A stretch of DNA of 64,000 nucleotides from Candidatus Aquidulcis sp. (GCA_020723385.1 DYIZ01000009.1:3676-67675); one strand, 5' to 3'. Counted from the stretch's first letter, positions 43,557 to 53,257 are shown. Numbers and translations: made by a program. The notes: a model not told the origin generated them from the letters alone.

Positions 43557-44045
43557 ATGGCGCGCAGGCTGAATTTTCTGACTCCAGGGGTGTTCGCCGG
43601 CGCAATCGTGGTTGGTGGATTGCTGTTCGCGGCGCTTGTCCTGGGGTTGTGGCTCACCCGCCCGTCGCCGACCCCCAAGGGGCCAGCGACCGCCGTGGTC
43701 AAGATCATCCCGGCTCCCAGTTCCACCCCGCTCGTCCCCACCTCGCCCCCAATTCCAACGCCGACTCCCACCACGCCGATTACCATTCCTCCGGTATCGG
43801 GCGTTATCCAGGTTGGCAATTACGTCCAGGTGACGGGTACGGGCGGCGACGGGCTGCGCGTGCGCGCCGAGCCTGGTTTGCAGGGGAAAATGGTATTTCT
43901 CGCGATCGAGGCGGAAGTGCTGCGAGTGGATGATGGCCCGCGTGAGATTGACGGTTATACCTGGTGGCACCTGGTCGCCCCATACGATGAGAAGCTGCAA
44001 GGCTGGGCGGTGGCTAATTTTCTGGTGGCAATTCAGAACCCATAG
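43557..44045 (+). CDS. Membrane-anchored SH3b-like domain protein
   Basis: N-terminal TM, a PT-rich linker, then IQVGNYVQVTGTGGDGLRVRAEPG…DGYTWWHLV… (bacterial SH3-like). Confidence 0.6.
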   Translation: MARRLNFLTPGVFAGAIVVGGLLFAALVLGLWLTRPSPTPKGPATAVVKIIPAPSSTPLVPTSPPIPTPTPTTPITIPPVSGVIQVGNYVQVTGTGGDGLRVRAEPGLQGKMVFLAIEAEVLRVDDGPREIDGYTWWHLVAPYDEKLQGWAVANFLVAIQNP

Positions 44046-44120
44046 CGAGTTGCGCGTTCCGCGCTTTGGGTATATATTAGAGAGGGATGGCGACATCCCT
44101 CTCGTTTTATTGGAGGTTCT

Positions 44121-44498
44121 GTGGATCAATTGGCTCCCAAAGGGATCAAAGCAAACCGTCTGGCGGGGGAATTGACGATTCAGTGGGCTGACGGGCATCT
44201 CAGTGTGTATCCATTCTCACTGGTGAGAGCGGCTTGCCCGTGCGCCGAGTGCCGCGGGGGGCACGACAACATGCGGGATACACCCGACCCGGAAGTGTTT
44301 ACCCGCCCGCGCGAAGATTCGCCTGCCACGCGCATGACGAGCCTGGAAGCGGTTGGTGCGTATGCCCTGACCATCACTTGGGAAGATGGGCATCATTACG
44401 GCATTTACACCTGGTCGTTCCTGCGGGCGTTATGCCCGTGCCCAATATGCCGAGGGGAGGCAGCGCAAGGAGACAGCGCATGGCCGAAGACCCTCTGA
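44121..44498 (+). CDS. DUF971 domain protein
   Basis: LTIQWADGHLSVYPFSLVRAACPCAEC…LTITWEDGHHYGIYTWSFLRALCPCPIC. GTG start. Confidence 0.75.
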   Translation: MDQLAPKGIKANRLAGELTIQWADGHLSVYPFSLVRAACPCAECRGGHDNMRDTPDPEVFTRPREDSPATRMTSLEAVGAYALTITWEDGHHYGIYTWSFLRALCPCPICRGEAAQGDSAWPKTL

Positions 44499-45016
44499 AC
44501 ACGGTTTATGCCTATGCGGAGCGCGCCTATGTGCGGCTGCAAGCCGGTGATTTGCTGATTCGATGTATCGAAGAAGGCAGCCCCGCGCCGATGCAGCAGA
44601 TGGTCGAGGGGCTGGTGCTGGCTGGCCCGCAAAGCCTGAGCGCCTTGCAGGAGATGCTGGCCGTCACCGGCCAGCAGAAATCCCAGGCGATGGATGATAT
44701 CCACCAGGTTTTTGCGGAATTCGAGAACAATCTCAAAAAATATGGGGTCAGGCTAAAAGGGATCAAAACGCCGTTGGCGCTGGCTCGGCTTTCGCCGGTG
44801 CGTTTCTTGAAGATTCTGCGTGACCAGCAGATCGCTGACGAAAAGATGCAGATTGCCTGTATGCAGTTATTGAAAGACAGCCGTGAAGTGATGCGCAGCC
44901 TGGCGGCGCATCTTCAGTTATTGGAAGATATCGAGACGTATTTGCAGGATTGGATGTGGGGGCTGGCGTATCAATCGGCGCGCCAGGGGGATCAAAGCGA
45001 ACGCCCGGCGCACTGA
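44480..45016 (+). CDS. Hypothetical helical protein (178 aa)
   Basis: Track ORF 44234..45016 trimmed to ATG 44480 (AAGGAG 6-13 nt upstream), overlapping the DUF971 end by 19 nt. No family was recognised. Confidence 0.55.
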   Translation: MAEDPLNTVYAYAERAYVRLQAGDLLIRCIEEGSPAPMQQMVEGLVLAGPQSLSALQEMLAVTGQQKSQAMDDIHQVFAEFENNLKKYGVRLKGIKTPLALARLSPVRFLKILRDQQIADEKMQIACMQLLKDSREVMRSLAAHLQLLEDIETYLQDWMWGLAYQSARQGDQSERPAH

Positions 45017-45017
45017 G

Positions 45018-45067
45018 GGTGCAAAAGCGCCCACTACGAACAGGCTCGTAGTGGGCGCTTTTGCACC
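45018..45067. terminator. Bidirectional terminator (22-bp perfect stem)
   Basis: GGTGCAAAAGCGCCCACTACGA-ACAGGC-TCGTAGTGGGCGCTTTTGCACC between convergent genes, with TTT following on the + strand. Confidence 0.8.
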
Positions 45068-45084
45068 TTTGCTCGCCTATCTCT

Positions 45085-45741
45085 TTACAAGTAATCTTTG
45101 AGATTGTGCTCGACCGCGTAGGCGGCGGCTTCGGCGCGGTTGCTGACTCCCAGCTTGGAGAGGATGCTGCTGACGTAGTTTCGCACGGTGCCTTCCCCCA
45201 GGAATAGGGCTTTGGCGATCTCCCGGTTGGTCTTGCCCTCCGAGACGAGCAGCAGCACGTGCCTTTCTTGCTGAGTCAGCGCCGAGAAGGCAGATGCTTC
45301 TTCTTCGCGGGCGGCTTTGCGCACTTCCTGGAAGATGCGCTGGGTGACCGCCGGGTCCAGCAGCGCCTCGCCCCGGCTGACGGCTTCGATAGCCCGCACC
45401 AGATCTTCGCCGCCAATCTGCTTCAAGACATAGCCCGAAGCGCCCGCCCGGATGGCTGAGAACAACATCTCATCTTCTGCGTAAGAAGTGAGCATGATAA
45501 CTTTCGAGCTGGGGTATTTCTCGGCGATTTCCTGGCAGGCTTCGATGCCTGACCCTCCCGGCAGCCGGATATCCATGACAACCACATCGGGGTTATAGGT
45601 AGCCACACGCTCGACGGCTTCCCGCGCGGTGCCAGCTTCGGCTACAACCTCGAAATTGGGGTGGCGTTCCAACAAGGCTTTCAAGCCAAGGCGAACCACT
45701 TCGTGATCGTCAACCAGTAAGATGCGTTGTTTTGAATTCAT
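45085..45741 (-). CDS. Response regulator, NarL/LuxR family
   Basis: Receiver [14 protein letters not shown]…[13 protein letters not shown] plus a C-terminal LuxR HTH ([29 protein letters not shown]). Confidence 0.9.
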   Translation of the reverse strand: MNSKQRILLVDDHEVVRLGLKALLERHPNFEVVAEAGTAREAVERVATYNPDVVVMDIRLPGGSGIEACQEIAEKYPSSKVIMLTSYAEDEMLFSAIRAGASGYVLKQIGGEDLVRAIEAVSRGEALLDPAVTQRIFQEVRKAAREEEASAFSALTQQERHVLLLVSEGKTNREIAKALFLGEGTVRNYVSSILSKLGVSNRAEAAAYAVEHNLKDYL

Positions 45742-45800
45742 AGTTAGGCTTCTCGCGAGGAGAGTATAGCCGAGAGTATCTGGACTGGCAAGGTCTGAAT

Positions 45801-46541
45801 TTATCCGCCGGGTTCTTCAGCTTTGGAGCGGCGGAAATCCACAAAACGGTAGCCGGCGCCGCGTTCGGTCAAGATATATTTGGGGTCAGCCGGGTCTTCT
45901 TCGAGCTTCTTCCGCAGGTAGTTGATATACAGGCGCACATAATGGGGCTGGTCGCGGTATTCGTAACCCCAGACGTTGGTCAATACCTGATCGTGAGAAA
46001 CAACCCACCCTGTATTCTGAACCAGGTAGTAAAGCAGGCGATATTCGGTGGGGCGGAGATTGACCAGCTTGCCGTCTACCCAAACTTCATGACGGTCGAA
46101 ATCAATTTTGAGGCGCTTATCCACTTCGATCAAACCATGCGTCGCGCCGCTGCTGCTCATTTCAGTGCGGCGCAGTACGGCGCGCACACGGCTGACCAGC
46201 TCGCGAGGGCTGAATGGTTTGGTGATGTAATCGTCCGCTCCGAGTTCGAGGCCGCGCACGCGGTCTTCCTCTTCTCCTTTGGCGGTCAGCATAATCACCG
46301 GGATGGCGCTGATTTCGCGGATCATTTTTAGCACTTCGAAGCCGTCAATGTCTGGCATCATGACGTCCAGTATGACGAGATCGGGCAGGGCGGTGCGCAA
46401 GCGGTCAATCGCCTGGGCGCCGCGATACGCATCGGTCACGCGAAACCCATCGTGTTCGAGATTCAACCGGATGAAACGAACCATCCGTTCTTCGTCATCC
46501 ACCACCAGGATGCGGCGATTCTTGAATGTCTCAGTAGGCAT
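45801..46541 (-). CDS. Response regulator, OmpR/PhoB family
   Basis: Receiver [14 protein letters not shown]…[13 protein letters not shown]…ITKPF plus a winged helix ([12 protein letters not shown]…RGAGYRF). Confidence 0.9.
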   Translation of the reverse strand: MPTETFKNRRILVVDDEERMVRFIRLNLEHDGFRVTDAYRGAQAIDRLRTALPDLVILDVMMPDIDGFEVLKMIREISAIPVIMLTAKGEEEDRVRGLELGADDYITKPFSPRELVSRVRAVLRRTEMSSSGATHGLIEVDKRLKIDFDRHEVWVDGKLVNLRPTEYRLLYYLVQNTGWVVSHDQVLTNVWGYEYRDQPHYVRLYINYLRKKLEEDPADPKYILTERGAGYRFVDFRRSKAEEPGG

Positions 46542-46544
46542 GGC

Positions 46545-46787
46545 TCATTCCCGGACGAAGCCGATGATTTCCTCTTCCTCTTTGGTTGGCATGATCTCGA
46601 TGAAGTTGATGCGCGAAGTCGGCCAAATAACGGTCGTGACGTTTTCGGCGAGGAAGAAGAGGTCCTTGCCATCCAAACGGCGGGGGTTGGAGACGGTAAT
46701 GAGAAGGTCGGATCCTGAGGGGAGTTGTTCTATTTCACCGACCACGGGGTCTTCGTTTTGAATGTGGATGATAACGGTGTTAGCCAT
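46545..46787 (-). CDS. Hypothetical 80-aa protein embedded in the kinase/FHA operon
   Basis: Tightly packed, 11 nt after the FHA gene and 3 nt before the OmpR-type regulator. Beta-rich sequence with an acidic tail. No family was recognised. Confidence 0.55.
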   Translation of the reverse strand: MANTVIIHIQNEDPVVGEIEQLPSGSDLLITVSNPRRLDGKDLFFLAENVTTVIWPTSRINFIEIMPTKEEEEIIGFVRE

Positions 46788-46798
46788 GTCAGCCTCAC

Positions 46799-47308
46799 CT
46801 ATTGGCGAATCAGCACCTGGACTTTTAATTTACCCAGTGTAACCACATCCCCATGATTGATCGAATGGCTTTGATGGGGTGGGATTTTCTTGCCGTTGAG
46901 GAGCGTCCCGTTGACCGATCCCAGGTCTGTCACGGCGATTTGTTTGCCGGCCTTGATCGAAGCGTGCAGCCGCGAGACCCCGTTTTCGTAAGCTTTGAAG
47001 GGGGTCAGATCAATATCAGGGAGGATTGGCTGTCCCTGGGCCGATCGGCCGAGTGTGTATTCTTCACGCCCGACCAGGGGGATGATTTGCCCATTCTCGA
47101 GGAGATATAACGATACCTGGGATTCAGGCAGCGCAATCGGCATGGGTATTTCTGGCACAGGCAGGTGAGTATCCTGGAGCTGGTTGGTGGACCCACGCTG
47201 GATATTCTGAGTCGAGGTGCCTTCGCCCTCGACCAGTTGGGCGCCGCAGTTACTGCAAAACAAGGCCCCTGGGATTTCTTGATGTTGACAATTAGGACAA
47301 AGGATCAT
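46799..47308 (-). CDS. Zinc-ribbon plus FHA domain protein
   Basis: N-terminus CPNCQHQEIPGALFCSNCG. C-terminal FHA: YTLGRSA…DLTPF…GVSRLHASI…VTDLGSVNGTLLNGKKI. Confidence 0.88.
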   Translation of the reverse strand: MILCPNCQHQEIPGALFCSNCGAQLVEGEGTSTQNIQRGSTNQLQDTHLPVPEIPMPIALPESQVSLYLLENGQIIPLVGREEYTLGRSAQGQPILPDIDLTPFKAYENGVSRLHASIKAGKQIAVTDLGSVNGTLLNGKKIPPHQSHSINHGDVVTLGKLKVQVLIRQ

Positions 47309-48783
47309 GGCAATTTCTCCTCCGCTGGTGCGGGCAAGAGCAGGCTCCGCGTTCCGTATTTGATACGTTTGTCGCCTGCTTCGCTGAAGGATTGTTTTTT
47401 CTGGATGTGATCGGCTTCGTTGAGAACGGTTTTAGCAAGCTCGTATTTGCCCTGGGAAAGAAGGTTCGTGGCGATATTTTGAAGCCGCCGGGTGGCTTCA
47501 CGGAGATTCCCTTCGGCGACATCCTGGCGGGCGCGCTCTTGCATCCGGTATAAAGTCAGGCGGGACATTGCTTGAACAATGATTGCTGGCGGCGGTTCGT
47601 TGTCTGCGTCGTTAGCCGTGGGGCGATCTAAATTCACCCGGATTGTGTAAGTAGGCTCGGCGCGGCTTGGAATATCCAGGGTCAACCGGCCCTCAGCCAG
47701 GGAAACGTGTGCGGCATCCGTTGGAACGGATTCAACCAGGAATTCGAGCAAGATGTTCAGGTTGATATCGCGCGGCACATTTCCTAGCTGTAAAGGCGGT
47801 TCGGTGTCCAGAGGGGATGTTTCGGGTTGCAGCCTGAAAGCATATTTCAATTGGACATTTGGCCCGGTTTCACAATCATAGATGGCGCGTTCGGCGTAAC
47901 TTTGCCCCAGCCCGCTGAATTTTTCGATGAGAAACCGGCGGATGTCACGCGGCTTGGATACGAACATGCTGCTCCCGCCGGTATGTTTTGCTAAATTGTC
48001 GAGGAATTGGTCATTCCATTGGCTGCCGATACCCATCGCGCTGATGCCGATACCGTGGAGAACGGCGTCAGCGGCCAGTTTCATACATTGGGCTTCATCA
48101 CCATAGGTGCGTCCATCCGTGATTAGGATGATGTGGTTGGTATATTTCGATGAGCGGTGACGCCGGACTTCGGAAAACCCCGCTTCAAGTCCCTTGAAAA
48201 TCTCGGTGCCGCCGTAGGGCTGCATCAGGCGGATGCTGGTCTCGATTTTCTCCCGGTCGTTGTGCGTTCCAGAGGGGACCAGCACTTCAGCGCGATCGCT
48301 GAAGGTGATGATGGAAAGTAAATCATTCGGTCTGAGCTGGCGAACCAGTTCGATGGCGGTTGATTTTACCGTGTCGAGGTGCGGTCCCTGCATGGAGGTG
48401 GAACAATCCAGAACCAGGGCGAGATTCACCGGGGTGGTGGCGATTTCTTCCAGGTTGACGCGGGCAGCGATCTCGACCAGGGCGTAGATCAACTGCGGTT
48501 CGCTGCTGCGGGGGAGAGATGCGCGGCTGAATATGGTAGAAATCGTTACCGCGGGCGGGGTGGTGTACTCAGGGGGCAGGCGGTCATCGTAGGCCATCCG
48601 TTTGGATGGATCTGAGAGAATTTCATAAGCTTCCTGGGCATCAATAAACAGCCTGGTATCGCCGCCTTCGCGTGTGTCTGGGTGAAGCCGGCGCGCCGCC
48701 AGACGGTATGCGCGCCGGATTTCTTCTGGCGTGGCATCCAGAGGCAGTCCCAGTCGAGCGTAATAATTCGGGATCAAAGACAT
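47305..48783 (-). CDS. J-domain (DnaJ N-terminal) plus von Willebrand factor A domain protein
   Basis: NYYARLGLPLDATPEEIRRAYRLAARRLHPD (HPD motif). vWA MIDAS context LALVLDCSTSM…LITDGRTYGD. Confidence 0.85.
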   Translation of the reverse strand: MSLIPNYYARLGLPLDATPEEIRRAYRLAARRLHPDTREGGDTRLFIDAQEAYEILSDPSKRMAYDDRLPPEYTTPPAVTISTIFSRASLPRSSEPQLIYALVEIAARVNLEEIATTPVNLALVLDCSTSMQGPHLDTVKSTAIELVRQLRPNDLLSIITFSDRAEVLVPSGTHNDREKIETSIRLMQPYGGTEIFKGLEAGFSEVRRHRSSKYTNHIILITDGRTYGDEAQCMKLAADAVLHGIGISAMGIGSQWNDQFLDNLAKHTGGSSMFVSKPRDIRRFLIEKFSGLGQSYAERAIYDCETGPNVQLKYAFRLQPETSPLDTEPPLQLGNVPRDINLNILLEFLVESVPTDAAHVSLAEGRLTLDIPSRAEPTYTIRVNLDRPTANDADNEPPPAIIVQAMSRLTLYRMQERARQDVAEGNLREATRRLQNIATNLLSQGKYELAKTVLNEADHIQKKQSFSEAGDKRIKYGTRSLLLPAPAEEKLP

Positions 48784-48799
48784 CTGGTGTTTTGGCCTT

Positions 48800-49768
48800 T
48801 CAGTCAGGCATTTTTACCAGGACGGCAGTAATATTATCAGGTCCGCCAGTTTCGTTGGCTGAGTCGAGCAATTTCTGACAGGCAATTTGCGGCGATGGAT
48901 TGGCGAGAACGATTTTGGCCATATCTTTGTCGGACACGGTACCCCATAATCCATCGGAGCAAATTAGCAGGCAGCCAGAGTGGGTCAATGGGAAGGTGCC
49001 GATATCTGGCTCGAAAGGTTCTCCCTGGCCCAGGGCGCGGTAAAGCACGTTTCTCTGTGGGTGGACGGCAGCCTCATCGGATGTGATTTGCCCCAACTCT
49101 TCGAGACGTTTTACCAAGGAGTGATCACGCGTCAGCACTTGCATGTAACCATCCGGATGAACGGTGTATGCCCGGCTGTCGCCGACGTGGGCAATGGTCA
49201 TCTGGCTGCCCATAATCATGACGGCTGTCAGTGTCGTCCCGCCTCCAGGGGCGTGTTTGAGTATCGCCCGGTGAGCTTCGAGGATGCCATCTTGCATGAT
49301 TTCCTGGAGCGAATCGGACGGTGGTTCGGGGATCAGGCTGAATAAAGGCAGATAGAGCCGGGATGTGACATAGCTCGCCAGGGCGCGGACTGCCACCCCG
49401 CTGGCGACTTCTCCATGTTGATGCCCGCCCATCCCATCAGCGACGATGTACAACCCGAAGGGAATTTGCGTTGTATCGCTGGCCAGCATCGTCGTCAGGG
49501 TGAACAGCGCATCTTCGTTGTGGTCTCGCTGTTTACCAACCGATTGCCCGCAGCCGGCAATGAGCTGGGGCAATTCTAATTGATTATCACAAGGCGGAGC
49601 AATCTCAACCGGCTTTTTTTCGATGAGGGGCATGGTAGCAATGTTGACGCCGGTATTGTGCTCCTCGACGACTTCATCGGTTTTCGGTCTCTTGACCAGT
49701 GATTTGAGTGAGAGCTTGACTTTACCCAGTATCGTTTTTTCAGCGTCCGACACGAGCACTACCTCCAA
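48800..49768 (-). CDS. PP2C-family Ser/Thr phosphatase
   Basis: RDHNEDA…VADGMGGHQHGEVAS…GTTLTAV…VGDSRAY…LICSDGLW…GGPDNITAV. Confidence 0.9.
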   Translation of the reverse strand: MEVVLVSDAEKTILGKVKLSLKSLVKRPKTDEVVEEHNTGVNIATMPLIEKKPVEIAPPCDNQLELPQLIAGCGQSVGKQRDHNEDALFTLTTMLASDTTQIPFGLYIVADGMGGHQHGEVASGVAVRALASYVTSRLYLPLFSLIPEPPSDSLQEIMQDGILEAHRAILKHAPGGGTTLTAVMIMGSQMTIAHVGDSRAYTVHPDGYMQVLTRDHSLVKRLEELGQITSDEAAVHPQRNVLYRALGQGEPFEPDIGTFPLTHSGCLLICSDGLWGTVSDKDMAKIVLANPSPQIACQKLLDSANETGGPDNITAVLVKMPD

Positions 49769-49780
49769 AGGGCGGCTGCA

Positions 49781-51676
49781 TTATGCAGTCAGCGCATAGA
49801 TGCGATGATCCGTAGAACCGATATAAATAATATCATCGCTGGCGATGGCAGTGCCAGTGATGGGTTTTGTCGTGTTGAATTTCCACCGCAGACGGCCTGT
49901 CCGATATTCGAGACAGTATACGTGTCCGTCTACCGAACCGAAATAGACTGAATCTTTGTAAATGATGGGTGAGCTGGTGATCTGGTTATCGGCGCCGTAG
50001 TGCCAGACATCTTTCGATGATCGGACGTCAATGCAATACAGGTTGCTGTCGGCTGACCCGGTGAACACGAAATTTTCGGCAACGCATGGCGTCGAAATGG
50101 ATGGTTTTCCCATGCGAAATCGCCAAATGACGAAGCCGGTTTTGGCATCGAGAGCGTAGACAACCGAATCCATCGCGGTAAAGAAGACGATGCCTTGCGA
50201 TATCGTTGCAGAGGAAGTGATCGCGCGCTTGGCTTTGAAGCGCCACTTGATCGAGCCGCGAAAATCGAGACAAAAGAAATCGCCGTTCTCGCTGCCAAAA
50301 TAGACGAAGTCGTTTTGCACCAATGGGGTCGAGCGAATGGGGGAACCGGCTTCCATCCGCCAGGCGCGTCTCCCGGAGATTGCATTGACGGCGTGGATGG
50401 AGCCATCATCGGAGCCAACAAAGATATGCCCTTCCGCTGCAAACGGTGAGGAGCGCACCGGGCCTTCTGTGTAATAGGTCCAGACGATCTTTCCGGAGCG
50501 CGCCGAGATGGCGTAGAGGCATTTATCCTCGGAACCGAACACCGCATTTCCGTCTTGGACAACCGGTTTGCTGACAATGCCGCCGTCGGTTGGGAATTTC
50601 CAGATAAATTCACCGGAAGCAGCGTTCAGCGCATACAGGTTGTTATCGTAGGATCCAATGTAGATGACGCCATTGTTGTAAGTGGGGGTGCCCCGAATTT
50701 CGTCTTCGCATTCGAAGCTCCACAGGCATTTGGTGCGATTATCCCCTTCGCCAATTAAAGCCGTTGCAGATGAAAACTGCGGCAGCGCACCGGTTTTGCG
50801 TGCAACGTTCAAAAGAGCATCCTTCATGGCCTGCGTGCTGGGAAAGCGGCTTTCGGGATTGTACTGAAGCGAGGTGTATATGAGCGTTTCCAATTCCAGG
50901 GAGACACTGGGGTTGATCTGGCGAATGGGACGCTCGCTGAAGGAGAATGGCGGCTCGAGGCGGGGATCGCGGCGGGTCAGTACGTGGTGGACCGTGGCCC
51001 CAAGCGCGTAGATGTCTGCTAACGGGGTGGCTTCACCCTTATACTGCTCCGGGGGCGAGTAACCTTCGGTTCCAATCATCGTCCCCTTTTGGCCGGTTTG
51101 GAATGTCTTGGCAATCCCGAAGTCAACCAACACGATATGGTTGTGGGGATTGACCATGACGTTGGATGGCTTCATATCCCGGAAGATAATCGGCTCCGGC
51201 TTGTGATTGTGGAGATAACTCAAAACGTCGCAGAGCTCGACCGCCCATTGAATGACCTGGGCTTCCGCAATGAAGCCCTGGCTTTCGTTCAGCAGCGCTT
51301 CCAGATCCTTACCCTCGATGAATTCCAGGATCAGGTAGGATCGTTCGTTATGGGTGAAGTAATCGTAAATGCGGGGAATTGCCGGATGGTTCAGCGTGGC
51401 CAGGATGTTTGCTTCCCGCTCGAAGTTCCGTACAATCGTATCGCGGATAATTTGATCGCGGGCCTGGTTGACCATCTCTTTGACAGCAACCTGCTTGACG
51501 ACATTGGGGAAGTGCAAATCACGGGCGCGATAGACTGCTCCCATCCCACCGACGCCAACCACACTCTGCACCAGATACCGGTTGATCAGGGTAGTTCCGG
51601 GCTGAAGTTGTTGCTCAGGCTTACGACCTGAAGCTGGCTCAAGGTTTTGAGTGATACGTTGTGTATCCAGGGCCAA
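49781..51676 (-). CDS. Hanks-type Ser/Thr kinase fused to a PQQ-like beta-propeller
   Basis: Kinase GVGGMGAVYRARD, VAVKE, FRDMKPSNVM, DFGIAK, SPPE. The C-terminus has about 7 repeats of the form G…V…Y.GS.D..LYA.DA.TG….W. Confidence 0.9.
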   Translation of the reverse strand: MALDTQRITQNLEPASGRKPEQQLQPGTTLINRYLVQSVVGVGGMGAVYRARDLHFPNVVKQVAVKEMVNQARDQIIRDTIVRNFEREANILATLNHPAIPRIYDYFTHNERSYLILEFIEGKDLEALLNESQGFIAEAQVIQWAVELCDVLSYLHNHKPEPIIFRDMKPSNVMVNPHNHIVLVDFGIAKTFQTGQKGTMIGTEGYSPPEQYKGEATPLADIYALGATVHHVLTRRDPRLEPPFSFSERPIRQINPSVSLELETLIYTSLQYNPESRFPSTQAMKDALLNVARKTGALPQFSSATALIGEGDNRTKCLWSFECEDEIRGTPTYNNGVIYIGSYDNNLYALNAASGEFIWKFPTDGGIVSKPVVQDGNAVFGSEDKCLYAISARSGKIVWTYYTEGPVRSSPFAAEGHIFVGSDDGSIHAVNAISGRRAWRMEAGSPIRSTPLVQNDFVYFGSENGDFFCLDFRGSIKWRFKAKRAITSSATISQGIVFFTAMDSVVYALDAKTGFVIWRFRMGKPSISTPCVAENFVFTGSADSNLYCIDVRSSKDVWHYGADNQITSSPIIYKDSVYFGSVDGHVYCLEYRTGRLRWKFNTTKPITGTAIASDDIIYIGSTDHRIYALTA

Positions 51677-51855
51677 TTCTCCGGTCTAAAATGTGACTCG
51701 TAGCCTGTCAGATGATATTTTCAATAGACCCCCAAAGTTCTGCTTTCCATGATGATGATTGGCGACAAACGACTGATCTTCTCATTGGTTGCAAGAGGGG
51801 CAAGATTTTGGCAGGTAACGGCTACGAACACAATGTTTCGCCAATTATAGCATAG

Positions 51856-51898
51856 CCAGGGAATGGCACATAGTTTTATGCCCGTCCTGGTTTTTTTT
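51856..51898 (+). terminator. Intrinsic terminator on the + strand with no annotated + gene upstream
   Basis: CCAGGGAATGGCA…TGCCCGTCCTGG stem (6 + 4 bp with an internal loop) followed by T8 (51891-51898). Confidence 0.55.
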
Positions 51899-52019
51899 CT
51901 CCCCATTGGCTTAAAAATGGATGGTTTTTAGCCACAGAGCGCACAGAAAGACAGAACCGTTTTATCCTACCTGAATTCTTGGTTTGCTCCCCTGCGCTCT
52001 CTGTGGCTGTCTTGAACGT

Positions 52020-52460
52020 TTAATATTGCCCAATGAGCTTGGCGAAAAACCGGTGGAAGCTGTGGAATGACTTCACTGGCTCGGCGTACATCAAAATGCA
52101 CTTGCCGGAAACCATGTCTAACCCCAGATCCTTGCCCAGCTTCACCATTTCCGGCGTTTGCGCGCCTTGTTGCAGCCAAATCGCCTTCATCCCGATGGCA
52201 GCGGCTTCCCGTAAGACTGGCTCGACATGCTTGGGCGATACACATACCACCGCGCCATCTATCTGCCCTTGTAGAGCGGTCAGATTGGGGTAGCATTTCT
52301 CACCGTTGACTTCTGTTGCCGTGGGATTCACTGGATAAACCTGATAGCCGCGGCCTTTCAGTTCTGTATAAATTGCGCTGCCAAACTTTTGACTGTTGCG
52401 TGAAACGCCTACCACCGCGAGCCGTTTGGCTTGAACGAAATTTTGTGTTGCCTGATCCAT
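52020..52460 (-). CDS. CoA-binding domain protein (YccU-like)
   Basis: KRLAVVGVSRNSQKFGSAIYTELKGRGYQVYPVNP…AIWLQQG. Confidence 0.85.
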   Translation of the reverse strand: MDQATQNFVQAKRLAVVGVSRNSQKFGSAIYTELKGRGYQVYPVNPTATEVNGEKCYPNLTALQGQIDGAVVCVSPKHVEPVLREAAAIGMKAIWLQQGAQTPEMVKLGKDLGLDMVSGKCILMYAEPVKSFHSFHRFFAKLIGQY

Positions 52461-52636
52461 GATGGTCCTCCAAAGATAAAATCGGATAATGTTCTATTCC
52501 TAAAAGAACGAACAGAATTATTTTAGTATACGAGTAAATGATGCGACGAGTTTTGCAATATTGTTAATCGGCCCCATCGAATGGTGAGCCGATCACAAAA
52601 GATGAGAGTGAAAGATGTATCCTCCCGCACAGATTC

Positions 52637-53131
52637 TCACACGTCTTTGCTGGGGCTGTAGAGCAGCTTTTCCCGAACGAAAAAGGAAGTCTGCCTGATT
52701 TTGAGACACAGGTCAGCCGCCAGGTTGGACATCACAATGAATCCCAACTCGACATCTTTCTTGATGATCGCCATGAAATCTTTACGGTCAATTACAAAGA
52801 CCCGGCAGGTGTCGGAATTACAGCGCACCGAGGCCGAGCGTAAGCCCTGGTCAACCAGCGCCACTTCCCCAAAGGATTGCCCTTTTTGAAGCAGCGCAAT
52901 GCGTTGGAAATCGCGCCCCTCCTTGCCCCGCTCGAATTTGTTGGGATCAACGATAACCTCGACATCGCCTTCCAGGATGACGTACATTTCCTTGCTTGGA
53001 GTATTTTCCTCGACGATGAAAGTCCCCTGGCTGTAAATGCGCTCTTTGCAGATGTTATAAACCATCTCCAATTGCTTGGGTTTCAAATCCTGAAAGATGT
53101 CTACCAGTTCGAGAATGCGTGCATCGGTCAT
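52637..53131 (-). CDS. Cyclic nucleotide-binding domain protein
   Basis: GTFIVEENTPSKEMYVILEGDVEV…GQSFGEVALVDQGLRSASVRC is the cNMP-binding beta-barrel pattern. Confidence 0.8.
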   Translation of the reverse strand: MTDARILELVDIFQDLKPKQLEMVYNICKERIYSQGTFIVEENTPSKEMYVILEGDVEVIVDPNKFERGKEGRDFQRIALLQKGQSFGEVALVDQGLRSASVRCNSDTCRVFVIDRKDFMAIIKKDVELGFIVMSNLAADLCLKIRQTSFFVREKLLYSPSKDV

Positions 53132-53257
53132 AGCGTGCCTCCTTAGAGTCTGTTTAGAAGGCGTAGCCTAGGGCCTTGTGCCCGCCCACAAAGGGCTAAA
53201 CTACACTTCAGGGTGCTAATAGTGTATCACTCGAAAAAGCGCGGGGCAAGGTGAATT

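Noticed and set aside
51931-52010. Inverted repeat AGCCACAGAGCGCA … TGCGCTCTCTGTGGCT downstream of the CoA-binding gene, considered as its terminator
   Set aside because: It has a loop of about 45 nt, a 2-nt bulge and no T-run on the relevant (minus) strand. The evidence is insufficient for a terminator call.
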